Source: the human T2T-CHM13v2.0 reference genome, Homo sapiens | Strand: one strand, 5' to 3' | Assembly (NCBI RefSeq): GCF_009914755.1 | Contig: NC_060944.1 | Length of the DNA stretch: 64,000 nucleotides | Shown: positions 12,426-27,235 of the stretch, one piece after another | How the letters are laid out: each line of letters opens with the position of its first letter | How positions within the stretch are numbered: position 1 is the first letter of the stretch | Position numbers and translations under genes: made by a program | The notes under the pieces: model-generated | What the model saw: only the letters and a program-made list of their open reading frames with translations | Databases searched by the model: none | What the model was told of the DNA's origin: nothing

Positions 12426-14182
12426 AGTTCATTAAATCTCCCATGGCCGGGTCTGTGGCCATGGACTGTGTGGCGGGGATGAAATATTTCCCCTAGGCCT
12501 GACCTTCCCGCCACTTTCACCACTGCTTCGTTAATGGGCCCGTCTGTATCTACACAATGTGCCTCTCTATAAATCCGCACTCTACACCCGTGAGCATGGT
12601 TAGGTGTTCTTCCAAAATAGAAATTTAATCAAAGGTAAGGAAGCATCCCCTGATCTTTCCTCCTTCAGAGGAGCTCATGGTCACAAGGGGTTTTGCTTCC
12701 TTTTCTTCCATCTGCTCTCAGGCTCTGGGACTAGGCTTCTGCCCGCTCCACATCCTGGGGCCAGCCCCTGGCATCGGCCCCAGCACGATGGTGGCCTCCT
12801 TCTTGTCGGGTCCCAGGCTGCCTCCTGGGCCTTCCTCAACATGATCCCATCACTGCTCCTCACCAGCCATCCCCTGTCCCTTGGCTGTCGCTGCCTTGCT
12901 CTGTCCTGGCTCCATGCCTCTCCAGCTCCTTTCTCCAACTCTCTGGCTCTGAGCTCCAGACCTCTGTGTTCTGCCCGGTCCTTCCAGTCCTTCAGACCTG
13001 TTCCCCACCCCAGGGAACTCTGATCTCATTTCTGATTTGCTCCTGGCACTCTTCAACACCTGGGGTTCTTGTCAGTTTCATTCTCTGTGGACTGTCCCTT
13101 CTAGACTGGGAGCCTCTTGAGGACAGGGGGCTTGACCATCACCTGAAGTGCTGCACCCCTGAGCTCAGCACAGAGCTCAGATGCAGGAGACTTTCAGTAA
13201 GCATTTGTAGGACGAATGGGCACAAGCCCCAGGCGCTGGTGTCTCAACCTATGTGGCGGTGCCTGGCCAGGCAACTGGCCACTCCTGCCAGCTGGATGGG
13301 GCCAGAGAGTGCTTGGAGGGAGAGCAAAGAGGAGCCAGCAGCTGCATCCTTCTGCAGGGCCGGGTCCAGGTCTGCTTTACTGCCTGGAGAGGGAGACCCT
13401 CTCAGAGCATCCTCTCCTGTCATGAGCTACAGACGGATGCACAGACACATTCCCCAGGCCCTGGGCTCAGGGCATCCCATGCTGGCCCCTTCCTCTTTTA
13501 TGCCACTCTGCCAGCAGACAGGTGTGGGCTTGTGCTGATGGCCACTTCCTTCATCACCTGTGCACCCTCATCACCCACACACCGTCAACACCAGGCTCTG
13601 TTCTTGACACCTCCCTCTCCCAAGGTCACAGGTCTGCCAGACACGGGCCTCCTGGAGCCCACCCCACTTGTTTCAGGTCTCCCACCCCCACCCCCACCCT
13701 CACCCCCACCAGGGTTTAGCTCCTACCTTCCCTTTCCTGGACAACCTCAACACTGAGTCTTGGTTCTCTTCCTCTTACCGGTTTTCCTGCAGAACAGGAA
13801 GTTTCCAAAATGCAAATGTGGTCTAGTCTCTCCTTTGCCTCAAACCCTCTAATGCTGCCCCCTTCCTGGGCGTGGGAGAGGGCGGAGGCAAGAGCCTCTT
13901 TTGTCTGTACCATGGCTCTTTCTAGCTTCCTTCCTCGAATGTTCTCTTATTCTGGAGTCCTGGGTTCTGAGGATCTCCCTCTGGCTCCTTGTAGAGTGTC
14001 TACATGGCTTAATTAGTAGTAGAACTATGCAGTAATTACCTTGTCAGCTTCTTCAGGGTTATTAAAAACATAAAAGCTAGATGCTTAAAAAATACTGAGT
14101 TTAAGAACTCAGAGCTTTTTTTTGATTATGAAAGCATTGCCTGTTCATTATAGAAAATGGATGCTTTAAAATTCCTTTTCCT

Positions 14183-14503
<321 letters not shown>

Positions 14504-14727
14504 CTAACACCACACAGAAGCCAATGACAATGGACCCCTTTGTCTTTAGGATCTGCCAGGTACCTGGCGAAGCTGTCAGCATTGGAACAACAGACATGAG
14601 GAAGTCAGGCCCAGGGGCACCGTCCAGCCTCACCTGCCTTCCTCATGGTCACAGGAACCTGTTTTCAGTACCTCACTTGGTACTCCTGGAGATGATCTCA
14701 TTTGTTTATTAGACAAACTTGTTTATG

Positions 14728-14922
14728 GTCTGTCCAATACAGTAGCCACTAACTACATGTGGCAATTTGAATCTGAATAAAATAAAATAAATTAAGATTC
14801 TGTTTCCTCAGTTGTAGCCACATTTCAAGTGTGCGGGAGCCCCATGCAGCTGTGGCTGCCATACTGGATAGTGCAGATCTAGAACATTCCTTCCTTGCAG
14901 ACAGCTTTGTTGGACGGTGCTG
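14728..14922. mobile_element. MER3-like hAT MITE
   Basis: ctgtccaatacagtagccact...acatttcaagtg...ctagaacatt...ttggac. Confidence 0.65.
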
Positions 14923-16436
14923 CTTGGATTGTAAGCTCCCTGAGGGCAGGGCCTTGCCTGTGGTCCTTTTGGCTGTGTCACCAGTGCTAGCACTGTGCTA
15001 ACACTTGGTAGTTCCCCAATGAATGCTGACAGAATGGATGTGCCAGAGTGACTGGTGTGGTCTTGAGCTCTCCTGCGGGAAGGGACCCTCAGCCTCCCTA
15101 GTCTCATCATCTCATCCTCTGAAAGGGAGGGTACCCAGCAGAGATAATTTCCTATCCACACAGAACTCATTTATTTCAATTTAGTGAGCTTTCCCAGAGC
15201 ACCTGCAATGCAGCACACTTGGCCCTTGCCAGAAGGGCCTCTTTGGACAAGAGAACAATGAGATGCAAAGAGATTCTTTCCCTGGGGCTAAATAAATGTG
15301 TCCAAGTCCTGGCTCAGCCATGGATAAGCTGTGTGACTTTGGGCAAGTCACTTTACCTCTCTGAATCTCAGTTTCCTTTAATGTAAAATGGTAGGCATTA
15401 TTGTCCTTAAGTTCAGAATGAGTGAGGATAACTGAGCTGTTGTCTTTAACAATGAGTAAATTTTGAGACACAGCTTTAGGAGGCAGACACCTCCCCAAAC
15501 ATTCTCCAATCCCCTTGAGGTAATTCCATCTTCTGTTAACAAAGTCATGGTGGCAGTGACCACAGTGATGTATACAGCAGGGAGCGGGAGGAGGCGCAGC
15601 CTGCAGGTGGACCCCAGCCCTTCTGTGTGCCTGGCTGAGCTGGTCAGCCTCTCTGAGTTCTGTGAAATGTGAGTTAGAGCAGGACTGATCTGGCTAGGGG
15701 CCAGGCAGGAGTCATGGGACCGTGTCCCTCAGTGACGCAGAACAGCTTCAGGCACCAGGGCCATTCTCAGCAAATGGTGGAGGAAGGAGGAGGAGGAGGA
15801 GGATGTGGTTCCTGCTCTGATTCTGGATTTTGGGCCCCTGGCTCTAAAAGGCTCCTCCCCTACACTTTCCCACTCTCACCTTTTGTGGAGGCTGTGTCTC
15901 CCCTACCCCTGCCTCCCTCTCCGGCCCCAGGTCCACCCAGCCTCGGATGTTGTTCCCCGGCTCCCTTCCTGGCTCCCCAGCTTGTGAATGGAAATCTCCT
16001 AGGGTCCCCCACCTTCACAAGTTATTCCCTCTGGTCTGGTAATTTTGGGATAGCACACTGGTTGTCTTGAAATGCGATTTGAATGTGTATTTTGCGGGGA
16101 TTGTTTTACTCTGATGAGTTTGTTTCCTTTGCAAGTATATCTTCAGGGAAGGTGCTTTTTAGGGGAGGGTGGCTGTCTGGAATGACACAGGTGAGCCTTG
16201 TTAATGCTAGTCCTGTCGCATGGCCAAAGCGTGCCGGAGGGGACGGTGCAGGTAGTGGGTGTGTCCTGGGCCCTCCCCAGAGCTTTAGCCAGGGCAGCAT
16301 ATATGGGAGGATATGAAATGTCACAGGAACAGAGGCAAAAAGAAAAAGTTTGAAAAAAACTAGTATATTAGTTTGAGACCTTTTCTTATTGAATTTGAGA
16401 GCTGGGTTCTATTCCATGCACTAGAAAACTCTTTAA

Positions 16437-16893
<457 letters not shown>

Positions 16894-16946
16894 GACCATC
16901 CTGTTTTAAGAGTGACACTGGGAATCCAGATTTTTATATGACATGT

Positions 16947-17354
16947 TGTGTTAGGATTTTGTGTTGCTATAAAGAAATACCTGAGACTGGGTAATTTATA
17001 AAGAAAAGAGGTTTAATTGGCTCATGCTTCTGAGGGCTGTGCGGGAAGCGTGGTGCCAGCATCTGCTCCTGGTCAGGCCTCAGGAGGCTTCCAATTATGG
17101 CAGAAGGCAAAGGGGGAGCCAGCACATCACACAGTGAGAGTGGAAGCAAGAGAGGGATGAGGAAGGGAGGTGCCAGGCTTTTTTAAACAACCAGATCTTT
17201 TATGAACTATCAGAACGAGAACTCCCTCAGCACCAAGCCATTCATGAGGAATCCGCCCCCATGATTCAAACACCTCCCACCCAGCCCCACCTCCAACATT
17301 AGGGATTCCATTTCAACATGAGATTTGGAGGGGACAAATATTCAAACCCTATCG
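16947..17354 (-). mobile_element. MaLR solo LTR (MSTB/MSTA-like)
   Basis: ttgctataaagaaatacctgagactgggtaatttataaagaaaagaggtttaattggctca ... catgagatttggaggggacaaat. Confidence 0.88.
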
Positions 17355-17387
17355 GATATGATTTTTAAATATTGACAAGTTTATCTA

Positions 17388-17745
17388 TTAGGGATTGGGT
17401 TGACTTTATGTAATAGAAAACCTAAATAACACTGGCTTAAAGAAGATAAAGGTTTTCCTTCCACCAGAAGTCCAGACAGCATGATGGCGTCCCTGTCGTA
17501 GGGTGGGACGTTCAGTGAATTTCATACTGAATTCTGGTTGCAACATGGTTGCTTCACCTCCAGCAACAAGTACATTTTCTAGGCAGGACAAAGAGGGTAG
17601 GGAGAGGCACAGGGGTGTCCACCTGCCGAGTTTGACATTGCCTTCTTGGGAGCACTGCCCAGTGACACCCACTTATACCTCCTTGGTCTTAGGACATCAA
17701 AAGGCTACTCCCAGCTGCCAGGGAGCCTGGGAAGTGTAGCTTTTT
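17388..17745. mobile_element. Old MLT1 (J/K/L-like) LTR fragment
   Basis: taatagaaaacctaaataacactggcttaa...gaagtccag...ccagctgccagggagcctgggaagtgtag. Confidence 0.5.
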
Positions 17746-20261
17746 CTTTTTGTTTGTTTGTTTGTTTGCTTAAGATAGGTGTATTGCTACTCTAACAAGA
17801 GCAGGTTCCGCGGAAGGGGAGGGTGAGAATGACTATCAGGTAGTGAACTACAGTCTCTGCCATATCAACTTTATAAAAGCACAATGTGATCAAAACAAAA
17901 CATGTCTGGGAGCTGCATGTGGCCTGTAGTTGCCCTTTCAAACCTCAGATAGAAAGAATCTCATGGGAAGACTGAAGCAGTTTTTATGTTTTGTGCCATT
18001 ACTAAGAAATTAAAGGTTGGACTAAGATATGTGATCCAAGCCTAAACATTATGTCCATTCAAATTTTATTTAACAATATCCAGGGAACAAGATAGGCAGG
18101 GTCACTGTTCCTCACAGAGCCAATCATCTGGTCAGCGATCAACGGCTGGAGTGAAAATGTGCTTATTGTCAACTCTTGTTATAAAAGGAGCCATCATACT
18201 TCCTTTTATTGAATAGTCCTCTAAACCCTTGAGGTAGGGCCAGAAAGCTAGCGAGGCTGAGTAACCGGCCCATGGTCACATTTATATAAAGGGGAAGCTT
18301 AAAGAGGATCTTGAATCCAAGTGAGTCTGAGGCCTGGCCCATCCCTATCTGCACCACCCAGCTTCTGCCTCCCTCATCCTGCAACTTACTGGAAAGCGGT
18401 CCTCTGTCCTTTACATGGAATAGATATGTGTGTTTCACCCCCATTCCTGGCTCCAGCCATCTAGCTGACAGACGTATACATACCTGTAGTCACAAAAGCA
18501 CACAGAGGCAGATGTACTCTTTCATTTCCCAGTTCATTTAACCAGAATGGCCACTGGGACAAGATTTATGTATTGAAAGTCAGGCAAGGCGATGGCAGAG
18601 AATCAGCTGTCTGTAGAGTTGTTGAAGGTCCCGTCTTTAATGGGCTGGGACTCGTGTTCCTGTTTGTTAAAGCAAGTCGGTTGGATGGGTAGCTTGGCAA
18701 CGCACCTTATCTAATGGTCACGACATCTGTAGACTTTGACGTTGATTAGTTGGCAGCCACGAAATGGATCAGCCCTGCACTGAGAAGACGGGAGCTGTGG
18801 CTATACGACCTAAGAAGTGTGTTTATTATACATACTATGCTCCTGTTTGTAATACAACCCTTTTAAAAAGTCACCATTGGTCTTGCAATACTCTTCCTAA
18901 TGAGTTGTATTGTTATGGCATTACTTTTTGGTTCAATTATCTCTTGAAAGTTTGTATCCATATATAGAAAAAATTGTTGCCTTATTGTAATCACTAGCTC
19001 TGGAGTTTCAATGAAGTCAGGAAGATATGCCAAAAATGATCTTTCTGCTTCCCTTTGGCAGGAAGGCATTGTCTTAGGCAGCGTTACTCCTGGGGTGACT
19101 CTGCGTTTCTTGAGTCACGTGAGTCAAATGGTTGCTGACTTTGGCACGTTTATTGGCCGGGTTTTTTGTGCAAAGCTTCTGAGATCTGATGACCTCCACG
19201 GTGTCAGGACTGTCTTGTCACCTGTTTTTCGGGGATCTGCCTGGCCCCTACCCCACATTCTTTATTTTCCTGTTATTCTCTATATACAACCAGAGATACA
19301 GGTTTTCCATCAAGAGGGGGCCTATAGAAGTGTTCTTTCCAATCAAGCTTATTTACATAAAAAAGAACATGACTTGAAAATAGTAATAATGTAGTGGTGG
19401 TAATACACAGAAATATGCGAAGAAACCATGAAGGTAGTGCTTGGAAGACACAGGCATGCCAAAAACCACAAAGCTGGTGTACAGGTTTCAGTGAAATGGG
19501 GAAATGCTGTTATAAATTTTCATCTTGGTCTTGTGGCCCGGCCATGATTACTTACCTATTTGCTGACGCATTAAGCACTACAGTGTGCATGGAGCATGGT
19601 GTGAGGGTATGCAAAGGGGCATCGTGCATCCGGGAAGCTCATGGTCTGGCTAGGGGCATAACATTTTGACAAGTAAAATGACAGGGCACATATGTAATAA
19701 GTGCCAGGCCTCTCAAACTTGTCCCCTTCTGTGCTGTATCCCATTCATTCTCTGCCAGGTATCACAGGCTTCTGCAAAAGCATTCTCCAGACCTCCGTGG
19801 CCCTACAGCATTGAGCTTTCAGTCCTTGGGTTTCTGAAGGTTGGCAGGGTCGAAGGTCCAGGCTGGCTCTTCTCCATGCATCTCTTATCCTTCTTGGACC
19901 TGCAGTCTAAACCAGCCATGTTAGTCTTGTGTAGTGGTGAAGATACATGGGACCTCTTAGGGCCTAGGCTGGAAACCTTCACTTATGCTGATTCTGTTAG
20001 CCTATTGGCCAACTTCAGGTCAAAGAGAGGGAAATACACTTGACCCCTTTGGTTGGGGGAGCAGGAAAGTCATATGTAGATACAGGAGAGGTGGAGAATT
20101 GGGGCCAGTCTTGTAATCCACACATTAGGCTTATTTCCCTATGTAGTCTGTGGGCTCCTGGAGTCAGAATCACCTTGGAATCTCCTGCCACCTCTGATAA
20201 GGTGATGCCTTGACATTGGATGCCAACAGACAAGGTCTGTGGGGTGCTTGCAGATGTGTGG

Positions 20262-20450
20262 TCTCTGGTGTCAGACTGCCTGGGTTCACTGTGTGGCTTT
20301 GGAAGATCTACCTAACATCTCTGATCCACAGTTTTCCCATCTGCAGAATGAGGATTACTTTACTTATATTAATACCCCCTTAGACGAGCAGTTATGATGC
20401 TGAGATGAGATGAATTCTGTAAAGCGTTTAGCACAGTTCCTGGGACACAG
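20262..20450 (+). mobile_element. MIR SINE
   Basis: tcagactgcctgggttc...cagttttcccatctgcagaatgagg...gtaaagcgtttagcacagt. Confidence 0.7.
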
Positions 20451-22922
20451 GAAGATCCTGGTCACCATGAGCTAGCATTCGCCTCCTCCTATCACTGTGG
20501 AGAAGTTTTCACCAAAGGCCATGTCTTGGTGGATAAGAGCAGGAGGTTCTGATCTGGTGCAGTTTTGAGGCTCCCAGATGCCCTTGTCTTCCTTTGGGCC
20601 TCAAGATGCAGGAGGGAGGGCTTTCCTGGTCTGAGCTGCTGGGTGAAATCAGGCATCCCTCTAGAACTTCCTCCCTTCACCCTGTACTGCCCTGGAGCTG
20701 GTTCAGGAGACTGCTGGCATGCACCGGGAAGCTCCGCTCAAGGCGTTGCCCCCTGATTTCCTAGTGGGGGAGCTGGCTTGAGGCAGTCAGAATACTGAGT
20801 TGGGTAAAAGACCCAGGGTCAGAGGCTGAGTCTCATTCCAGCTGGGACGTGAGGCTGTGGCTGCGCTGAGCTGACCACCAGCCCCTGGGTTCCTTAGGGT
20901 TGCCTCTGGGCTCAGGAAGGAAACTGCATGTAGACACTGAGCTAAGGGAGCACTAGCTGTTTGCTTTGGTTAGTTCTTTCCCCTAATCCTTGCAAGTAGC
21001 TGGTTCTGCTTTGATGTGAAATAACAAAAGATTTAGGGAGAATTTATAATTTAGCTCATTTTTTTTTAATGGGAAGGGTGAGTTTTGGAGCACATTTAAT
21101 ACCATGCCATGTGGGGTAAGCTCAGAGCGTTGCCTGCACTCTCATTCACCTGGGCTGGCTTTCCCCGCTCGCTTCCCCGTTGGGAGTCTAATACAGCCTG
21201 CCTTTTCCTTAAGATCATTACTTCAAACAGTGTTGACATTTTAATGTGATTATTTTCCTGTAATATTTTTCCAGCCCTTTTCTACTTGGGGAGTATATTT
21301 GCATCCTTTTTCTTTAGGGATTTGTGTTGTTCCAGCTCCATCCTGGTCTGTAGAATAGAGCTATGCTCATAGTAGGTGCATGGTAAATATTGATTGACTC
21401 TTGGGTACGTGATAGTGACGTCTAGCACCCCTCCTCATACCTATTCCCATGTTCCCATAAAAAAATTAAAATCGAGGGAGAAAAACCCAAAAAAAACAAC
21501 AATAAACAAAGAGTTCCATGATGGCTTCAGGTTAAATAGTCTCACCCTGTTGGAAATTCCTGGAGCAAATGAGCAAGCCAGTGGGCAGGAGCCCGAGTGT
21601 GAGTTCTCAGGAATATACATCACTGAAAGTGAGCCCACACATTTGTTAATGATTGGTCTCTGTGTGGTGTTAAAAAATTAACTAATAACAATTTATTCCA
21701 GAGGATATTAGTGTAGAGCAGCTATTTTCTTATAGGAAAAGAGGGATTCCAGTCATTTTTTTTTTTCTGTTTTGTTGAACTGATGTTTGCATCTTGCCTG
21801 GTGAAATCTTTAGCAAGGAGGAGGTGGAAGTTGTTCACTTTAGCACCCAGGGGCTCAGCTAACATTTCGTGGGGCTGACATTCTGGGTGCCTGTGCTAGG
21901 TGTGGAAGGAGAATTAAGCGGCTTCTGTCCACAATTGAGAGTCTGAGTAGAAAAAAGAGGCATAGCTCACGGCACGTGTCATTTCTCCCTTCGTCCCTCC
22001 TTCCATCCCTCCCTCTGTCCTTCTTCTTTCTCCTTCCCTTCCAGCAAATTTAGTGCCTATGATAATGTCAGGGGTGAGGCTGGGCTTGGGGAATAGCGCA
22101 GCAAACCGACCTGTTGCCTCATCCTCGTGGTAGATCGTCTGGTGAGTGATGGGCTTGGATCACATCAGCTCATAGGCGAATGCCCCATCCAGCTGTGGGG
22201 AGGCTGCCCTGGAGCCCTGCGGGCTTGTGGAGGGGTTGGCATATCTGGGGATCTGAGGGAAGGGTCCAGGGGAGGGCACTTGAGTTAGAGCCAAAAGGTG
22301 GCTTCGAATTAACTAGCCCAGCAGGAAAGGGAAAGGTATGCTAGGCCGAGAGATTGGCAGTGCAAAGGCCAGGTGGTGGGGGCAGCTTCGGCTGGAGCCA
22401 GAGGCAAGAGAGAAGCAGGAGTATGGCGGGATGGGGCTGCAGGGGAGCTGGGAGCCAGACGGTTGGGGCCTCCTGGACTGGGGAGGAGCTTGTCTGCCAT
22501 GAGGGAACCATGGGATGTCTGAAGAGAGGGATGTGAGTGTGTGTGTGCGTGAGTGTGTGTGACAGAGACCAAGAGACAGTGTGATCGGGCACATTTCCAA
22601 GCCGTCACTCTGGCTGGCCACCCCGGGTGGAAATGGGTCCCAGGAAGGCAGCAGAGTGAGACCAGGGAAGAGGGTGTGGCAGCCACAGATGGTGGGGCCT
22701 GGGCTGGGGTTTGCAGAGCTCATTCAGAAAAGGGGCTGGGACTACATTGCCCGGAGGAAGATCTGTGCAGGAGAGGAGGCTCAATCTCAGCTTGGAAGGG
22801 AAGGGCAGGAGAGGGAAGGGAAGGGTATGTGCCATGAGGCACCTACGTGGTGTCTGGGCACCCCATGGTGCAGCCAAAGGCTCCTCCCAGGATCCTCATG
22901 CAGGAGCCCTGAAGGCTGTGCA

Positions 22923-23074
22923 AGAGGTGCTGTCTCACCCTGAGCAGGGCCGAGAGCCTGAGAGGTGCTGTCTCACCCTGAGCAGGGCCGAGAGCCTGAG
23001 AGGTGCTGTCTCACCCTGAGCAGGGCCGAGAGCCTGAGAGGTGCTGTCTCACCCTGAGCAGGGCTGAGAGCCTG
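22923..23074 (+). repeat. Minisatellite, 38-bp unit x4
   Basis: AGAGGTGCTGTCTCACCCTGAGCAGGGCCGAGAGCCTG: three identical copies plus one with a C>T change; no spacers. Confidence 0.97.
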
Positions 23075-23429
23075 GAACTGTTTAGAGAGAGTCTGGGGCA
23101 GTGCAGGATACTCGGAGAGATTGCCTGGGGTGCCCTAGGATGGACTGTGTTTTCTTCTTTATACATGAGAAGCTGGAAAATGGGAGTTGGACGTGGATTC
23201 CGTGGGCAAAGGTTCTTTTCCTGGCACAGTGGAGCAGGGATGCTGGCAGGGGTGGATGCTCACTACCTCCTGTGTGCTTTTCCTACTGTGAGCAAATGTG
23301 GAAGGGAGAATTGCTATATGAAGACCCTCCATGACCCATATCCTGTATAGCCCCCTCCCCTGAGTGTGGCAGGAACCAGTGACTGTGACAGGTTTCGCCT
23401 GCATGCCTAGGCTATCTTATATGCACAGG

Positions 23430-23946
23430 AGACTTTAAGAAAGTATAAGCCTTGGTGGCCCTGCCCTAATCAGGGAAGCCCTAAAGGGGACAAAATTCTT
23501 CCTGGAGATTGAGACTGGAAGCACAGGATGGAAGTGGGGGATGCTGGTTTGAAGATGGAGGGGACTATGTGGAAGGGAATGTGAGTGACCTCTAGGAGCT
23601 GAGAGTGGCCCCTGCTGATGGTCAACAGAGAGATAGGGATCTTAGTGCCATAGCTGCAGGGATCTGACTCTTGCTAACACCCTGAGTGAGCACGGAAGTA
23701 GAGTTTCCCCTTGAGGGAAGATGAGAAGGCACCCCACTGCTACACTGATTTCAGCCTTTCGGACCCCGAGCAGATGAGAAGGCACCTGGGCTGACACACC
23801 GATTTCAGCCTTTGAGACCCCAAGCAGAGGACCCAGTCCTGCCATGTCCTGACTTCTGACTTACGGAACTAGGAGCTAATAAGTGGGTGTTATTTGAAGC
23901 CAGTAAGCTTATGGTTTTGTGTTATGCAGCAATAGAAAACTAATAC
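23430..23946 (+). mobile_element. MLT1 (E/F-like) LTR with internal ~53-bp tandem duplication
   Basis: gctggtttgaagatggag...cctctaggagctgagagtggccc...ttatgcagcaatagaaaactaatac; gatgagaaggcacc...gatttcagcctt...gacccc occurs twice at 23720-23830. Confidence 0.75.
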
Positions 23947-24389
23947 GGGGAGGGAAGTTTATTGCTTCCATATTACAGGGGAAAGCCTCAGGTTCAGAGA
24001 GGTGAAGGGATCGTCCTGGTCACCTGGCTACCCTGGCGGAGCTGAGAAGCAAAGCTGTGTGGCCAGACTCTGATGCTCCTGCTGTGTGCTGCCTCGGTTT
24101 CCTGATCTGCGAAATGGGCTGGTCATGGCATTGTCCTGAGGCCGCAGGAGGAGTGGCCTGGAGGCTGTGCCAGCTGTGAAAGTGTCAGGGCCCTTGTGAC
24201 TGTTTTCACCCTCCCTGTTGGCACACAGGACCTGGAGGGGTGCCCCTCCGAGGCCCTCCCTGGCTTCTCACACTCACCCTAAACCCGGTGTGTTTCCATG
24301 GTTACTGGTGGCTTTACTAGTGTGACTCTCAAGCTGGCCCCATAGCCACTCCTTTTTATGTGTATTTCTAATTTCCTTTAGAGCATTTT

Positions 24390-25335
24390 TAAACTTTTCG
24401 CTTTGAAATATTTTAGACATCTAAAAATGTCACAAAATAGTAAAAAAATAACTCCTGCGTACCTTTCACCTATATTCCCCAAATAACATCCCACTTAACT
24501 ACAGTAAGTCATCAAAAAGAAGAAATTAGCTTTGGTACAATACAATTAACTCATCTACCAACCTTATCTGAATTGAGTCCATTTTTCTGCTAACATGCTT
24601 TTCTATCCTGTGATCCACCCAGGATCCCACGTGGCACGCGGCCAGCATGTCTCCTTAGCGTCCGCCAATGTGGAACAGTTCCTTAGTGTCTTCATAGCCT
24701 GATGCCTTTGAAGAGTGCTTTCAGTTATTTTGTAGACTGTCCCTAAATGAGGGGTTGTCTGATGTTTCCTTCTTTTTAAATCGAGTATATGCGTTTTTGG
24801 CACAAATCCCCCATAAGCGATGTCGCTGGAGATCCCTAGGTCAGTTGGACCAATCCTGGTGATGTTGACTGTGGTTGCTCAGCCAGGTGCCTCTGCTCTA
24901 AAGTTAACACTTTCTTCCTCTTTGTAATTCGTCAGCGTTTTGTGGGAAACCTTGAGACTGTCAGACATCGTTTCTCATCACACCCTTTCCCACCCTGGGA
25001 ATCCTCGCCTGCCAGTTGTCACCATGGTGCGTGTTCAGGGGTGGCTGTCTTTCCGTCATTTCTCTTAAATGTATTAGTGAGTTCCATTACTCACTAATAA
25101 GGGAAAGCTTCCCCCACGCTCCCATGTATTTATTCACCTGTTTACTTACACTAGTGTGGACGCCTGCATGTATGTTTATCCTGTGGAGTAGAGTCCACTG
25201 CTGTCATCTTCTTGTTGCTGGAACTGTCCCAGACGTGGCCACTGGGAGCTCCTTCGAGTCGGTGTCTGTGCCAGTGGAGTGCTCCCATCATTGTCTGAGC
25301 TCTTTCTTGCTTTCTGGCAGCATAAGACGCTCCAG
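24390..25335 (-). mobile_element. L1MC-like 3' UTR fragment, antisense
   Basis: tttgaaatattttagac...tacctttcacc...gttattttgtagactgtccc...ttgtctgatgtttcct. Confidence 0.6.
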
Positions 25336-27190
25336 GCCCCCAGGGCCTCGCCTCTGCTGAGGTGCTTGCTGTGCAGGATTTGGGAAGGTGCTCTCAGGGG
25401 CTGTGGGCTCCCATGCCTGCTTCCGCCTCATCCTTGCAGACCCCTGTGCAGGTAGGTTATTTGTAGGTGAGCACCCCAGTGCACATAGACTGATGTAGCC
25501 GGGTTCCCCAGGGAGCAGGTGGCAGAGTTGGGGCTTGCCCAGACTCCTGCTCTTGCCCTGTGGAAGGACCTATGAGTCGGACCCCACACAGGGATTAGGT
25601 GGGGCCATGCTGGGCAGCCCATGTCAGCCTGGCACATCTTGGGGACTGTCCACAGTGTCAGGGCTGGGAGCATGGTCTTGGCACATGTAACATGCCCCGT
25701 TTCTCTCTTTCTTCTGGGGTTCAGGCATATTTCTGGTCCATGATAAGATCTTTGCCTCCTTCCTGTCTTTCTTGCCCTCGTGGATGGCCCAGAATCCTTT
25801 GTAGATTTCCCACAGTGGCCTTTCCCAGGCAGGCACTGGCTGGCAGTGGCAGTCTAGACTTCCTGCCTGCCTCAGTGGCCTTCCCTGAAGGAGCTGTACA
25901 AAAGTGACAGGGAGCACAGGCCACTGGCCCCTGGGGAGGTGTGGGGCATGGTGAGCCACGTCCACCACATACTGTGTGCCAAGCTGGAAAAGAGTTTGGG
26001 GGTGCAGAGGACAAAGGAAGGGAGGTCACCTCTACAGAATCACATGGCACTTAATTTGTCTTTCCTCTTCCCTACCCACTCCCCTCCTTTCTTCCCAGAG
26101 ACAAGAGGCAGCTCCTGGGAGAAGGCACAGCCTCTGAGACTCACAAGCAGATCTTTTAAGGTCAACTTTGCCATCTGTCTTTTAGGCAATAACCTTCACT
26201 ACAGCTTTTTCTGCTTATTTTTGTCGAAAGTCATTGGGAGAATGAGTCATTGCGTGTGTATGCCTGTGTGTTTGTGCATATATATATGTGTGTGTATGTG
26301 CATGTACAAGTATGTGTTTGTGTGTGCAGGTGTGCACGTGTGGGTACTTCCCCTGATTTTTTTTTTTTTGTGACATAACTTCCCCTCATTTTTTTGAAAG
26401 GCTGAAAGGGACTCAGGGTCAAGGCCATGGTGCATCCCTCCTGCAGGGAGCTGGAGCTGGGTGCCTGGAAGCTGGCCTTTGGGTCAGGCTTCAGCCTCAG
26501 CCGTACTGACTGTGCCTGGCCAACCTCTGTCAGTCCCTTCATCAGGCCATGCTTTAAGGTCCTCCTCTATAAACTGGGGGCAATGCTAGTTCCTACTCCT
26601 GGGGTGGGTATGAGTTCCAGATGAGGCACGTGACCTTTGCAGGATTTTAACATTACAGTGACATAACTGTAATTTACCTACTGGTAAATGCTCTGTTCAT
26701 GTCAGTTAGTAGAATAGAAAGTGCTGGCCCTGCTGACACAGCAGCCATCTCCTGGTTTGCGATGGACACTATCTCAGGAGGAGGCTGCCGTGTGCCTGCT
26801 GCGAGGGGTGCTCCCTGTTTGCTAGGGAGGCCCAGAGACTGCCCCGGCACCTCGCTGCACACAGAGAGGCCGTGTGTGTCTCTTGACCCTTCAGCTCCAC
26901 ACTGGGAATGAGGGAGACCAGGGGTTAGAGATGCCTCGGGACCTGAGCCGGGCACCAGCTCCCATCTGTCCATCTGTCCTGGGCTGCTGGGGGAGCCGGC
27001 TCTGGCCAGGACTGATGATTCCTGGCACCCACCAGGAGATGCACATCCTGCTTGAAAGCTGTGAACTGCTATCCAGAGTGTCTGGGCTTATCCTGTTGGA
27101 GCAAAACCCCTGGGCTAATATGTAATCCCATTGTGAAATGTATTTCAAGGAGGGCTTCTACAAGGATTCTAATTTTACAGCAGCTTTAAC

Positions 27191-27191
<1 letters not shown>

Positions 27192-27233
<42 letters not shown>
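27192..27233 (+). repeat. Poly(A)42 mononucleotide tract
   Basis: 42 consecutive A with no recognisable SINE/LINE body attached. Confidence 0.95.

Positions 27234-27235
<2 letters not shown>

Noticed and set aside
22923-23074. CRISPR-like look of 38-bp palindromic repeats
   Set aside because: Head-to-tail with no spacers, no cas genes, primate DNA; it is a minisatellite.
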